From NCBI RefSeq assembly GCF_009914755.1, contig NC_060936.1: DNA of 64,000 nt. The stretch is one strand, 5' to 3'. The notes beneath the pieces were generated by a model. It had not been told where the DNA came from and ran no database searches. It worked only from the letters and a program-made list of their open reading frames with translations. This stretch comes from the human T2T-CHM13v2.0 reference genome, Homo sapiens. The translations under genes were made by a program, and so were the position numbers. Shown one piece after another: positions 15,189-27,766 of the stretch (position 1 is the stretch's first letter; every line of letters begins with the position of its first letter).

Positions 15189-15601
15189 TATTAGTGAGAC
15201 TCAGATCCAGGCAGCTATCTTGGTATCACTGGGGGCAGCCAAGGCACAAATGAGAAATCAGATCTGCGAGACGGAACAAAACAACATCTTAATACTGTCA
15301 CTTGAGCCTCTAGATCTAGCCATCCCTGAGGCCATCACTTCGGATGTTTTTGTTATATGAGCCAGTAAATTCTAGTTTTTGCAAAAGCTGCTTTGTGTTG
15401 TTTCTACCGCTCGAGATTGAATTAAAACCAAATAAATCTGCCTGATACTTTGCAATGCCATGTAAGAGTCTGTTTGAGGACTGGGAGTTGGAAGAAAGCT
15501 CTAGTTTTAAGAATAAAGGTTTTAAGAATAAAGTTTTTCAAACTTGATCTGGATCACCCCCAAGAAAAGGATCCACATTTAAAAACAGCTCTGGGAACTC
15601 T

Positions 15602-15798
15602 GGCCTAACCACGGGGGCCACTTTCTCTTCCAGAGAACACTGTGCAGCTTGGAGGTGTTTACGGACTGGGCCTAACCACAAGGGGCCATTTTCTCCTCCA
15701 GAGAACACCGTGTAGCCTGGAGGTGTTTATGGACTGGGCCTAACCACAGGGGGCCACTTTCTCCTCCAGAGAACACCGTGTAGCTTGTTTATGGGCTG
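15602..15798. repeat. Minisatellite, about 3 x 67-68 bp
   Basis: ggcctaaccac...ggggccaytttctcytccagagaacacygtgyagc starting at 15602, 15669 and 15737. Confidence 0.93.
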
Positions 15799-17859
15799 AT
15801 GTGTCTCATGACTCTCAAACAAGGGCGTAGGAAGGTGGCATTTCCCACCACAGGTGCTGGGGGAGCTTGTTCTGGCGCACACACGGAAATACAGCCCCGC
15901 CCGCTTCCACACGCCCTTATGAACTTTGAGGCAGGCCCCTATGAATCTGCTTCTAAATCTGAAAACACACTCCTGGCTGCTTTGGAAGTGGGGCATCGTC
16001 CACAGGGTCTATGTATGGTGCTGCCGCCCTGAGCCTCTGCCCTCTGCTCCCCCGGCAAGGAAGGCCAGGAGCGAGGTGGAGAGATGGCAAAGGACCAGCT
16101 CCTTTCTCTGCCCACGAAGCCTCTCCCCCAGGAGGACGCTCAAGAAAAGCAGCTCCCAGTGAGGAAATTGCACGTCTCAGATTCCTGGAATAAGGAGGGG
16201 GAGCCGAAGACACCAACTGAGCACTGCCAGGCCGTGCAGCTCTGGGTGCTACCCCTGACCAAGGGTCCCGCTGACCCAAGGGCGCTCGCCCTGGAGGAAG
16301 CCTCAGCCTGGCCCCTCCAGGCAGCAGGAGGAAAGTGAGGAGAAAGGAAGGTTGCTCCTGGCTCCAGGGCCTGGCGGCCTCAAAGCTGGAGATCTCCAGG
16401 GGCTTCTGGTGGCAGAATCAGCTTCAGGCGACCTCTTGAGTATCTGATTTAATTACCTAGAAAAGAAGCTTCCTGGAGCTTCCCTGGCCTGAAAAATGTG
16501 CTTGCTTTAAATGTTGAATGGAACAACGACATTACAAAAAGTCTAGGGAACAGAGGGGAAATGGTACCCAAATACCAGCAGCGTAACACGATAAAATGTC
16601 ATCTTGCTTATTGCCTTCCAGGGTACATGTGTTTTATGATTGCCGTCCTGTTTTTCAAAAATGTGGCAACTTTTCTATCTGCTTGACAGGAAAGCACTTT
16701 CAATTTTATTGTTTTAACAGCAGCATGATTAATGAGTGCCTGTCAGTTCAATGAACTGGTGTCACCCCATCTCAGGAAATCATTAGCAAATAACTTGATA
16801 AATAACTTCCCCAACTTGATGGCCAGTGGAAGGCTCAAGAGTCCCAGCACAGGATCTAGAGTGGACCTATGGCTACAGCCATGGTGCCGTGTGAGGAAAC
16901 TGGTTTCCGGTGCAGAGCAGGTACCTGGGCAGGTGCAAAGAGCTGAGCCCGCAAGTTTGCCTCACCAGGAGGAAGCTGATGCCCCTGAGGCCCTGTTCTT
17001 GGAGAACCCGGTCCCTGAAGTCCGTTGTGAACACACTCCAGGATTTCAGACGTGCAGCCTGGCCCCAGTGACAGGCTCTGGAAATATTGCAAATAACCCC
17101 TGAGAGCATAGAGGCCTCCCTCTGTGGAGCAAAGCAGAGTGTGAGACTCAGCCAGCACCCGTTCTTGACAAGTACAGACATTAAGCCTTCACTTAACGAG
17201 GGACTCTAATGAGTTCGAGTCCTGCAGAGTCTCTAGGCTTGACCCTCTCTGGAGATTGAGTACGGGACCTCCAGAGCATCAGGGCATAGAAGACAGGCAT
17301 GGAAAAGGACCACATGCTCGCAGACTACAGCTGCAGGTCTCACCACTGTGAACATGAGAATTATTCTAGAGACCACCCTGAGCTGCTCACATGTGGCTTA
17401 TTTTTTTGTCTCCATCTTTTCCAGGAATTTATTCTGTTCTCTCTAAAACACCATCCATCCTGTGTAGCGAGGACAATTTTAGGCCCTCTCAAGTCCTACC
17501 TTGATTTAAAATATGGAATTGTAATAAAGGGGAAAATGAAATGCAGAGATTCCTGGCAAGATGCTAAAATGTCTGTACCTAAAACCTGAGTCGTCTGCTT
17601 AATAAGCCAGCTTAGTGTCAGATCAGAACATGTGCGCAGCCCATACACATTTCCCAAGCTCTAGCCGTGGAGATTAAAGGTAAAGATGGAAAAGAACATT
17701 CTTTCATACCAGGATTTCATGACCATGAATTTTCCTCACTATCTTCCTAATTCGGGGTCTCCAGACACGCTGAAAGATAATATTTGTAAGGTTGAATGGC
17801 CAGGCCAGAATGTTAGTGGCCTGTCTGGGAGGCAGTGACATGGTCCTATTTGATCCCAG

Positions 17860-18070
17860 TCTCTGACACAAGACTCCCTGGTTCAAATCCAGGCTCTACC
17901 AACCTCCATAGCTGGGTGATGTGGGGATGAGTGAGTTTACCTCTCTGAGATTCAGCTGCCTCATTTATAAAATGGGAATGACAACAGTCCTTACTGCAAA
18001 TCATTACTGAGAAAACGAAATAAGTTACCTATCATTCTTGGTTCACAATATGAACTCAACAAATGTTCGT
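17860..18070 (+). mobile_element. MIR
   Basis: ggttcaaatccaggctctacc...acctctctgag...ctcatttataaaatgggaatg. Confidence 0.75.
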
Positions 18071-18083
18071 GGGAGGATGATGA

Positions 18084-18429
<346 letters not shown>

Positions 18430-18584
18430 TAAGATAAATAATTCTTAAGGTCCCTATTGATGTCTGGTGGTTTGATGAATTGATTCATTCAACAAGTGAT
18501 TATTGGAAAGATTAAATAAGATGATGCATGCAAAGTTCTTAGCATCCTCTAAATTAAAGTGCCCAATAGATGTCCATTGTGAAT

Positions 18585-19815
18585 GTGATAATGGTAATAG
18601 CTATAATAATGATGGTGGTGGTGATGATGATGATGGTGAGGGTGATGATGGTGATGAGTGATGATGATGGTGATAATGATGGTGGTGGTGATGATGGTGA
18701 TGGTGATGATGGTGATGGTGATGATGATGGTGATGGTGATGATGATGGTGATGGTGATGATGGTGATGGTGATGGTGATGGTGGTGGTGATGATGATGGT
18801 GATGGTGATGATGATGGTGATGGTGATGGTGATGATGATGGTGATGATGGTGATAGTAGTAGTGATGTTGGTGATGACGATCATAATAGGATGATGAGTA
18901 TGGTGGTGATGATGGTGCTAATGATGATGCTGGTGATGATGGTGGTGGTGATGATAGTTTTGGTAATGATGCTGGTGATGATGGTGGTGGTGGTGATGAT
19001 AGCTTTGGTAATGATGATGGTGGTGGTGATGTCGGTGATGATTATCATGATAGTGAAGATGATGATAGTGGTGGTGATGATGGTGATGATGGTGGTGGTG
19101 ATGGTAATGATGGTGGTGATGGTGATCATGGTGGTGATGGTGATCATGGTGATGGTGATGATGGTGACGGTGGTGATGATGCTGATGGTGGTGATGTTGG
19201 TGATGACTATCATGATAGGATGATGATAGTGGTGATGATGGTAATGGTGGTGGTGACAATGGTGATGATGGTGGTGGTGATGGTAATGGTGGTGACAATG
19301 GTGATGGTGGTGATGATGGTGATGGTGATGGTGATGATGGTGGTGGTGGTAGCGATGATGGTGGTAGTGATGGTGATGATGGTGATGATGCTGATGGTGG
19401 TAATGTTGGTGATGACTATCATGATAGGATGATGATAGTGGTGGTGATGGTAATGGTGGTGGTGACAATGGTGATGATGGTGGTGGTGATGGTAATGGTG
19501 GTGACAATGGTGATGATGGTGGTGGTGATGGTAATGGTGGTGACAATGGTGATGATGATGGTGGTGATGGTGATGATGGTGATGATGGTGGTGATGGTGG
19601 TGATGATGGTGATGGTGATGGTGATGATGGTGGTGGTGGTGGCGATGATGATGGTAGTGATGGTGATGATGGTAATGGTGGTGGTGGTGGTGATGTTGGT
19701 GATGGTGATCATGATAGTGAGGATGATGACGGTGGTGGTGATAATGGTGATTATGATGGTGGTGATGTTGGTGATGGTGATGATGACGGTGATGGTGATG
19801 ACGTGGTTGAGGAGG
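18585..19815. repeat. (GAT/GGT)n compound trinucleotide repeat, about 1.2 kb
   Basis: Continuous GAT/GGT triplets with AAT/GAC variants; source of the poly-His, Met/Val and Ile/Thr ORFs. Confidence 0.97.
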
Positions 19816-20364
19816 ATGACAGATAAGAATGAGGAGAATCCAATAGATACATCTAAAATAAGTAATTATCTGTGTGACCCTGCTAATCACAGCTGGATTT
19901 AGATAAATTTGTCCATATTCATCAAGAACTCACTAAGAACCAGGTGCTGTGCTAGGAATTTTTTCAACAGAGAGGCCCCCACATGTGCACAATAACTCAG
20001 GTATAAAAGTATTCTCTGTGGCCTTGATGGTAGCAGCAAAATAGCAGAACTGTCCAAATGCCCATCAGTAGGCAAGTGGTGGGGACTGGGAGGCTCTTCT
20101 GCATTCATAGCTGCCGCATTCCATCAGATCCCAAAGGCAACACCAGAAGCTCCTCTGACATTTCTTCCCCTGCATCTCCCCCTGTGTCCAGTGAGGCTGG
20201 GCCATGGGCAGGGACCAGAGGGTCTGCCTAAGAATAGGGTGGGCCCCACTGTCTGCTTTCTCTGAAAAAAGCTACAGGAGCCACAAAGTCTGGGTGAGTG
20301 AGTGTGTGGGGGTTTTTAAGATGAAAAAGTTCCCAGGTAGGAGGATGAGGGGAGGGGTAGCAGA

Positions 20365-20560
20365 ATGGAGAAGACAGCGAGCAGGAACAGCCTGGGCTTT
20401 GAGGCCAGATGACACCCAGTTCTATTCCTGGGGCAACCCAGGCCAGCTGTGCAGCCTAGAACACTGGCCAAACCTCTCTGGGCATCCATGGTCTCACTGT
20501 GGAAAAATGATGAGTGCCTTCCTCATGAGGATGTATGGCTGGCCAGGTATATGTAAACTA
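20365..20560 (+). mobile_element. MIR, degenerate
   Basis: gggctttgaggccaga...ccagctgtg...aacctctctg. Confidence 0.5.
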
Positions 20561-20830
20561 AGACATTTGATGTATGACACTAGTTCATATCATAACATTT
20601 TCTGTTGTTACCCAACTCAAATCCACACCCACTTTTCTCTACTACCAGTTTCTGAACTGTGAGATGCCTAACAAGGTTGGGTATAAAATTTGGGGATCCT
20701 GGTCCCATTTTATTGAAAATATGCTTCTCAGAGTTTAAGCTTTCTCCCTCCGTTAAACATAGAAAATTTTCAGAGGGATCAGCCTGTGCTTTCTTCATTG
20801 GGGCTTTTCATATAATGAGTGGAGCCTCCT

Positions 20831-21192
20831 TGTATTAGTCCATTTTCACACTGTTGATAAAGATATACCTGAGACTGGGTAATTTCTGAAGAAAAAGAGG
20901 TTTAATTAACTCACAGTACCATGTGGCTGGGGAGACCTCACAATCATGGCAGAAGGTGAAAGGCACATCTTACATGGCAGCAGGGAAGAGAGAATGAGAA
21001 CCAAGCGAAAGGGGTTTCCCCTTATAAAACCATCAGAGCTCATGAGACTCATTCACTCCCACAAGAACAGTATAGGGGAAACCACCCTCATGTTTCAATT
21101 ATCTCCCACTGGGTCCCTCCCACAACATGTGGGAATTATGGGAGCTACAATTCAAGATGAGATTTGGATGGGGACACAGCCAAACCATATCA
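20831..21192 (-). mobile_element. THE1 (B/C-like) solo LTR
   Basis: tgtattagtccattttcacactg...ccccttataaaaccatcag...ggggacacagccaaaccatatca, 362 bp; TSD ctcct/ttcct. Confidence 0.92.
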
Positions 21193-22344
21193 TTCCTGAA
21201 TCCACATGAAAGACATGGAAGTGTGTGCAAGGGAAAAAAGGTTTTAAGCCAGTGAGCTGCTGGGGCTATGTGTTACTGCAGCACCGCATAGACTATTCTG
21301 ACTGATGCCTCTCCTGTTCATTGGCACTGTGCACTTAAGCCTCCTGGAACTAAGATGTGGCCTCAGACGAAGGTGGGATCCAAATTGACTGTGATTAATT
21401 CCACCTTCCAGTTAAACATGAGCTACTAAAAGAAATCAGCCAGCATCACAAAAAGAAAAACAAAATGAATCCCTTTCTTCCATTTCCATGTTCTGTGATC
21501 TGGGACTCATGCATGCTGTACTGGTATTTAAATTCTCAAATGCTTATCCTTAGCTCCATTCCTGGCTTCCTCGTGGGCTTCTGGAGGAAGGAGGATATTT
21601 GTCATTCACCCCTACTCACCGCACATTCTTGACAGGGCCTGGCATCTGACAGAAAATCAGGGGAAGGTGACCATTTGGCACCTCTGCCACCAGCTTCAGA
21701 TTGCTTGAAGGCTGGATTAAGGCCAGGGTGAAATCTACGGGAAGAAGCTGCTCTCTTCCAGGGGCCCTCCCTGCAGTGAGGCTTCGTCATGCTCTGGGTG
21801 AGCCTCCAACTCTTTAATTAAAAACTGAAGGTTGAGGGAGCCCAGCTACCTGCAGACTACCTGACTTTGGCTCGTAGCTAGCTCCAAGCCAGTTGGAGTG
21901 AAAGATGCAGTTCCTGGGCTCTTGATGAAATTAATTAAGAGAAAGCTGACAGGGAGACAGATGGAGGTTGCAGGACTCACAGAACCAGCCAGCAATCCAT
22001 TTGTAGGGAGCTTGTGTTGGGGGCCACAAGCGCAGTCTCCTACCAGGGCTGCTTTGGTGACATGAAGTCCTCAGACCTAGCCAAGGGCTGTCAAGAAGGA
22101 ATAGAGCCCAGAGTGCTGAGCCTTACTGCTTACCTGGAGAAATCACATGGTAAGTGTTGACATCTGGTCCAGGTTCTTCCTGAACATGCCAAATTCAGTA
22201 GGTTCAGGCTGGACTGGGATGACAGGTCACTGCCTTGTGACCCTGTCTGACAAGCTGCAAGAAACTGGTGCCCCTGACCACAGAGACAAGGATGAGGTGA
22301 GCCCCATGGAGCCTGCCAGCTCAATCAGCTGAATTCACTGCTGC

Positions 22345-22792
22345 TTGTGGGTTGTGTGATATACGTGCATATATGCGTGCATCTGTGTGTATCTGTGTGT
22401 GTGCACACCTGTGTGTGCATGTGTGTGTGCATGTGTGCACCTGTGTGTGCATTTGTGGGCATGTGTGCGTGCATGTGTGCACCTGTGTGTGCATGTGTGT
22501 GCACGTGTGTGCATTTGTGGCATGTGTGTGCATGTGTGCCCCTGTGTGTGCATCTGTGTCCATGTGTGTGCATCCGTGTGTATGTATGCACCTGTGTGTG
22601 TATGTATGCACCTGTGTGTGCATGTGTCTGTGTACCTGTGTGGGCATGTGTGTGCACCTGTGTGTGCATGGGTGTTCATGTGTGTGCACCTGTGTGCATC
22701 TGTGTGCATGTGTGTGCATCCATGTATGGGTGTGTATGCACCTGTGTGTGCATCTGTGCACATGTGTGTGCTTCTCTGTGTGCATGTGTGCT
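22345..22792. repeat. Degenerate (TG)n/(TGTGCA)n repeat
   Basis: About 450 bp of tgtgtgca, cacctgtg and catgtg units. Confidence 0.95.
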
Positions 22793-23705
22793 TACCCATA
22801 TCTCAAAGTGGGGGCCAGAGGATGCCACGCAGAAGGCCCCAAGCAGAGCTGGCCAGGGAGGAAGAAACATCAGGCCTGATCCCTCTGCATCCCCACAGCA
22901 TTTTTTTCTGGGGATTCTAACACAAACTGAAGTCCTTCAGCCTCACTGCATTCATCTGTTTGCCCCAGGAAGCTCCAGCTCGAGCCATGCACCACCCACG
23001 CCCCTCCAGAGCTCGGTGGTCACACAGCCCCACCCCATTTTCCATGCACCTAAGCTGCCCAGGGCTGTGCTACAGTCAGCCCCAGTAACTGTGATCAATG
23101 GGCCTGGCTGGGGAGGTGCCAGGGTACCAGCGGGCAGGGGAATGGGAGGAAGCCCATGGGGTGGGACCCTTTCCTAGAAGAGCCACTGCTTTCCCAGACC
23201 TTGGTTAGAGGGACCCCCTTTACAGGGCTTTCCACCAAGAAAACGATCACCTGGCTTTAACCAACGCCCTAAGAGGCTGCTGTCCCCATCACCTTCGTGC
23301 ATGCCACAGTTCATGAAATGTCTCCTTTAGGCACGGGTATTTAAGCTGTGGGGTTTGGAAACCGGAGTATCACTGACAGAAGCAGACCTGGTGAGCAACC
23401 CGCCGGGTGCTGGGTCCAGCTCTCAAACAGCTTTGCCTGCACTCAGCAGTGCCTCAATCCTTTTTTATGTCCATGCTCTTCAATAGGTCAGGCATTGCCC
23501 CCCACTCCCCCTGTGCCTCCTCCTGTACCCAGCCACTTCAAAGTTCTATGTTCCCTGTCTGATCTCAGAGGGCAGGTGGGTTTGCAACCCCTGACCAGGA
23601 GTCGGTCCTGGTCCAAGCATTCCTTGGAGAGACTACATTTCCCAGCATTCCTTGTGGCTAGGTCTGGTCCAGTTCTGGGTTTGAGCTAATGAAGAAACAG
23701 CAAAA

Positions 23706-25835
23706 TGATGTAGGCCAAAAGCCAGGCCTCTCACACCAAACAGCTAGCCAAGCTGTGAAGGCAAATGAAAAGTTCTTGAAGGAAATTAAAAGTGCTTCTC
23801 CAGTAAAACATGAATAAGAAAGCAAAAAGGCTTTTCTTTTTGCTGATATGGAGAAGGGTTTAGTGGTCTGAATAGAAGATCAAAGTAGCCACAGCATTCC
23901 TTTAAGCCAAAGCCCAATCTAGAGCAAGGCCCTAACTCTCTTCAAGTCTATGAAGGTTGAGAGAGGTGAAGGAGCTGCAGAAGAAAAGCTGGAAACTAGC
24001 AGAGGTTGGCTTACGAAGTTTAAGGAAAGACACCATCTCCATAAGATAGAAGTGCAAGGTGAAGCAATGACTGCTGATGGAGAAGCCGCAGTAAGTTATC
24101 CAGAAGATCTAGTAAAGGCCATGGATGGTGGCGGCACTAAACAACAGATTTTCGGTGTAGACAAAACAGTCTTCTATTAGAAGAAGATGCCATCTAGGAC
24201 TTTCACAGTGGGGGAAGAGAAGTCAATGCCTGGCTTCAAAGCATCAAAGGACAGGCTGACTCATGTTAGGGGCTAATCCAGCTGGTGACTTTAAGTTGAA
24301 GCCAGTGGCCATTTACCATTCCCCAAATCCCAGGGCCCTGAAGAATTATGCTAAGTCTACTCTTCCTGTGCTCTGTAAATGGAACAACAAAGCCTGGATG
24401 ACAGCACATCTGCTTACAGCATGGTTTATTCAATATTTTAAGCCCACTGTTGAGATCTACTGCTCAGAAGAAAAGATTTCTTTCAAAATACTACTGCTCA
24501 TTGACGATGCACCTTGTCTCTCAAGAGCTCTGATGGAGATGTACAAGAAGATTAATTCCTGTAAACACAATATCCATTTTGCAGCCCATGGATCAAGGAG
24601 TAATTTTTTTACTTTCAAGTCTTATTCAAGAAATACACCAGCCTGGGCAACACAGAGACTCCCATCTCTATTTTAAAAAATTAAAAATTAGCCAGGCATG
24701 AGAAAGACAGCAGGCCTCGCTATTCACAGGCATGTTCCTGTGGTCCCAGCCACTTGGGAGGCTGAGGTGAGCGCATGGCTTCAGCCTAGGAGGTCGAGGC
24801 TGCAGTGAACCATGATTACACACCACTGCACTCCCACCTGGGCAACCGAATGAGACCCTATCTCAAACCAAAAAAAAAAAGGAAATACATTTTATGAGGC
24901 TATAGCTGCCATAGTCATCAATAGTGATTCCTCTGAAGAACCTGGGCAAAGTACATTGAAAACCTCTGGAAAGAATTCACCACTCCACATGCCATTAAGA
25001 ACATTCACGATTCATTGGAGGAGATCAAAATAACAACATTAACAGGAGTTTGGAAGAAGTTGATTCCAACCCTCATGGATGACTTTGAGGGACTCAAGGC
25101 TTTAGTGGAGAAAGTCACCACAGATGTAGTGGAAATAGCAAGAAAACTAGAACTGGAAGTGGAGCCTGAAAATGGGACTGAATCACCGCAGTCTCATGAG
25201 AAAACCTGAACAGATGAGGAGTTGCTTCTTATGAATGAGCAAAGAAACTGGTCTCTTGAGATGAAATCTACTCCTGGTGAAGATGCTGTGAACATTGTTA
25301 AAATGACAATAAAGGATTTAGAATATTTCACAGACTCAGTTGCTAAGCAGTGGCATGGTTTGAGCAAATTGACTCTAATTTTGAAAGAGGTTCTACTGTG
25401 GGTAAAATGCTATCAAACAGCATCACATGCTACAGAGAAATCTTTATTGAAAGGAAGAGTCAAACAATGTGGAAAACTTCATTGTTGTCTTATTTTAAGA
25501 CATTGCCACAGCCAGCCTAACCCTGAGCAATCAGCACTCTGATCAGTCAGCAGACATTCACACTGAGGCAAGACCCTCCGCCAGCAAAAAGATCAGGACT
25601 CACAGAAGGTTCAGATGAACCTTAGCATTTTCTAGGAATAAAGTATTTTTAATTAAGGTATGTGCATTGTTTTTTACACATAATGCTATTGCACACTTAA
25701 CAGTCTACAGTATCTTGTAAATGTAATTTTTATATGCACTGAGAAAACAAAATATTCATGTGACTTGCTTTATTGCAGTATTCGCTTTACTGTAGTGGTC
25801 TGGAACCAAACCCACAATATCCCTGAGGTATACTG
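23706..25835 (+). mobile_element. Tigger1 DNA transposon, 5'-truncated, with a dead pogo-family transposase
   Basis: ORF fragments [40 protein letters not shown]...[22 protein letters not shown]..., EEIKITTLTGVWKKLIPTLMDDFEG; many stops and frameshifts; 3' end tggtctggaaccaaacccacaatatccctgaggtat. Confidence 0.93.
24638..24879 (+). mobile_element. 5'-truncated AluJ inside Tigger1
   Basis: ccagcctgggcaac...ggaggtcgaggctgcagtg...A tail; TSD aagaaataca/aggaaataca. Confidence 0.88.
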
Positions 25836-26088
25836 GCTTCAGTTTCTTGAAACATTCTTTAGGGTCACTAAAGTGTATTCTGTTTGCTCATTAAAAGCAG
25901 ATACCAAATATGCACAGCTCATCTGTTGGCCCAGCACCACCTGGCCATGTGTCTTTTAGGACCAGCTGCCCCTTTCCTTTGGGGAGCAGCCTCTCCCCAC
26001 CCCAGAGGCTCTGGTGAGAACCAACCACCGCTATCATCCTTTCTCTTTTGCCACAGAAGTTTACCCTAAGGCACAGCACTCAAACAGC

Positions 26089-26500
26089 ACCAGTCAGAGC
26101 CTTCCCTGGGATTTAGACACAGAAGTCTGGGAGAACAGAACCAATCAGAGCCCTTCCCTGGGATTTAGAGACAGGTTTCTGGGAGAATGGGACCAATCAG
26201 AGCCTTTCCCTGGGATTTAGACACAGAGGTCTAGGAGAACAGGACCAATGAGAGCCCTTCCCTGGGATGTAGACACAGGGCTCTGGAAGAACAGGACCAA
26301 TGAGAGCCCTTCCCTGGGATGTAGACACAGGGTTCTGGAAGAACAGGACCAACCAGAGCCCTTGCCTGGGATGTAGACACAGGGCTCTGGAAGAACAGGA
26401 CCAATCAGAGCCCTTGCCTGGGATGTAGGCACAGGGTTCTGGAAGAACAGGACCAATCAGAGCCCTTCTCTGGGATTTAGACACAGGGCTCTGGAGGAAA
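26089..26500. repeat. VNTR, 8 x 52 bp, containing CCAAT boxes
   Basis: accaatcagagcccttccctgggatktagacacagggytctggaagaacagg starting at 26089, 26140, 26192, 26244, 26296, 26348, 26400 and 26452. Confidence 0.96.
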
Positions 26501-26619
26501 GATGCTCTCCCAGTACTCTGGGCCCACCAGCTGGGGTAATGGACACCTGGAGCTGCTGCAGACCTGCCTCCCCTCCTGCTGCCAGCACGCAATGGGACCT
26601 CACTCCCCATTGTGGGCTT

Positions 26620-26755
26620 GGACAGGCAGCATCAACATCACTGGGATGATTGATAGAAATACAGCATTCTAAGCTCCACCCAGAGCTCCTGAATCAAAAT
26701 CTGTACTGTAAGGAATCCTCATGGGAGGTTTCACATGGGAGCCTGAGAAGCGTCC
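26620..26755. mobile_element. MER5A-like hAT MITE fragment
   Basis: gcagcatcaacatcactggga...tagaaatacag.attct...ccacccaga..tcctgaatcaaaatctg. Confidence 0.6.
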
Positions 26756-27427
26756 AGCACGAGAACATGAGGCCAGTGCACACCCCGTCCATTCCATGGC
26801 GCATCCAAGAACTTCTCAGATGCTCCCCTGAGTCCGAGGTGGGGTGCCCTGTGAGGGAGGCTGGCCCTCCTCTGCTAATTATGCCCCGAGATGCCCTGGA
26901 GAAGGAGTTCAGCCAACACACTGGGATTCTCACATATAATCCCATTCACAAGGCCATGAGGGCGGGTGTAGAGCTTGAGAAGTTGCCCTTCATTTATTTG
27001 TCTTTGGAATGAACTCCCGAGCCCCTTTCTGGAAGGGATCCCAGCTGGCTTCTCACTCTTTTGTCTCTTGCAGGACAAAGACTGAATCTGCAAGCAGTCG
27101 GCCTCTCTGGAAGTTCCCCAGACCTTTTTCATTGAAGGATTTCTGTAACGGGCTCCAGCCCTGGCCCTCTGCTCCTTTTGCTCTCTCCCGTCCACTCCTC
27201 CTGGCTTTGCTTTGGGAGAAGTGACCTTCCTCTCCTGGACACACCCAGGAACTGTCCATCATGGCAACCCCTGCCTGCAGCCAAGTGGTGGATGTGTGAC
27301 TCGGGCTGGCCACTCACCCCCTGGAATGTGATACCAGAGCAGAGGGACCCCAGACTGAGGAGCATGGAGGTAATAATTCCAGGAATCTCTCTGTTCAGGA
27401 GTGTTTGGCCCCCAGTATTTCATTACC

Positions 27428-27726
27428 TTTTTTTATTAATAGAGACAGGGTCTCGCTGGGTCACCCAGGCTGGAGTGCAGTAGTATAATCACAGCTCACT
27501 GCAGCCTCAACCTCCCGGACTCAAGTGATCCTCCCACCTCAGCCTCCTGAGTAGCTGGGACTACAGACACACACCACCACGCCTGGCTAATTTTTTATTT
27601 TTTATTTTTTTGTAGAGATGGGGTCTTGCTGTGTTGCCCAGGCTGGTCTCAAAGTCCTGGTCTCAAGCAATCTTCCTGCCTCAGTCTCCCAAAGTGTTGG
27701 GATCACAGGCATGAGCCACCACATCC
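27428..27726 (-). mobile_element. AluJ
   Basis: gagacagggtctcgct...cactgcagcctcaacctccc...gtgttgcccaggctggtctc. Confidence 0.92.
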
Positions 27727-27766
27727 TTTTTTTTATGGCCGGATAATATTTCATTGTATGTATACA

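Noticed and set aside
18549-19902. Poly-His, Met/Val and Asp/Gly ORFs (histidine-rich protein look-alikes)
   Set aside because: These are translations of a (GAT/GGT)n simple repeat.
22321-23177. Cys/Val- and His/Thr-rich ORFs up to 276 aa
   Set aside because: These are translations of the TG-rich repeat.
23950-25542. Domesticated TIGD-like transposase gene
   Set aside because: It is 5'-truncated, has multiple stops and frameshifts and an Alu insertion, so it is an ordinary dead Tigger1.
26089-26500. CRISPR-like array (also considered for 3558-3729, 35850-35987 and 55340-56708)
   Set aside because: These are head-to-tail repeats without unique spacers, there are no cas genes, and the DNA is primate.
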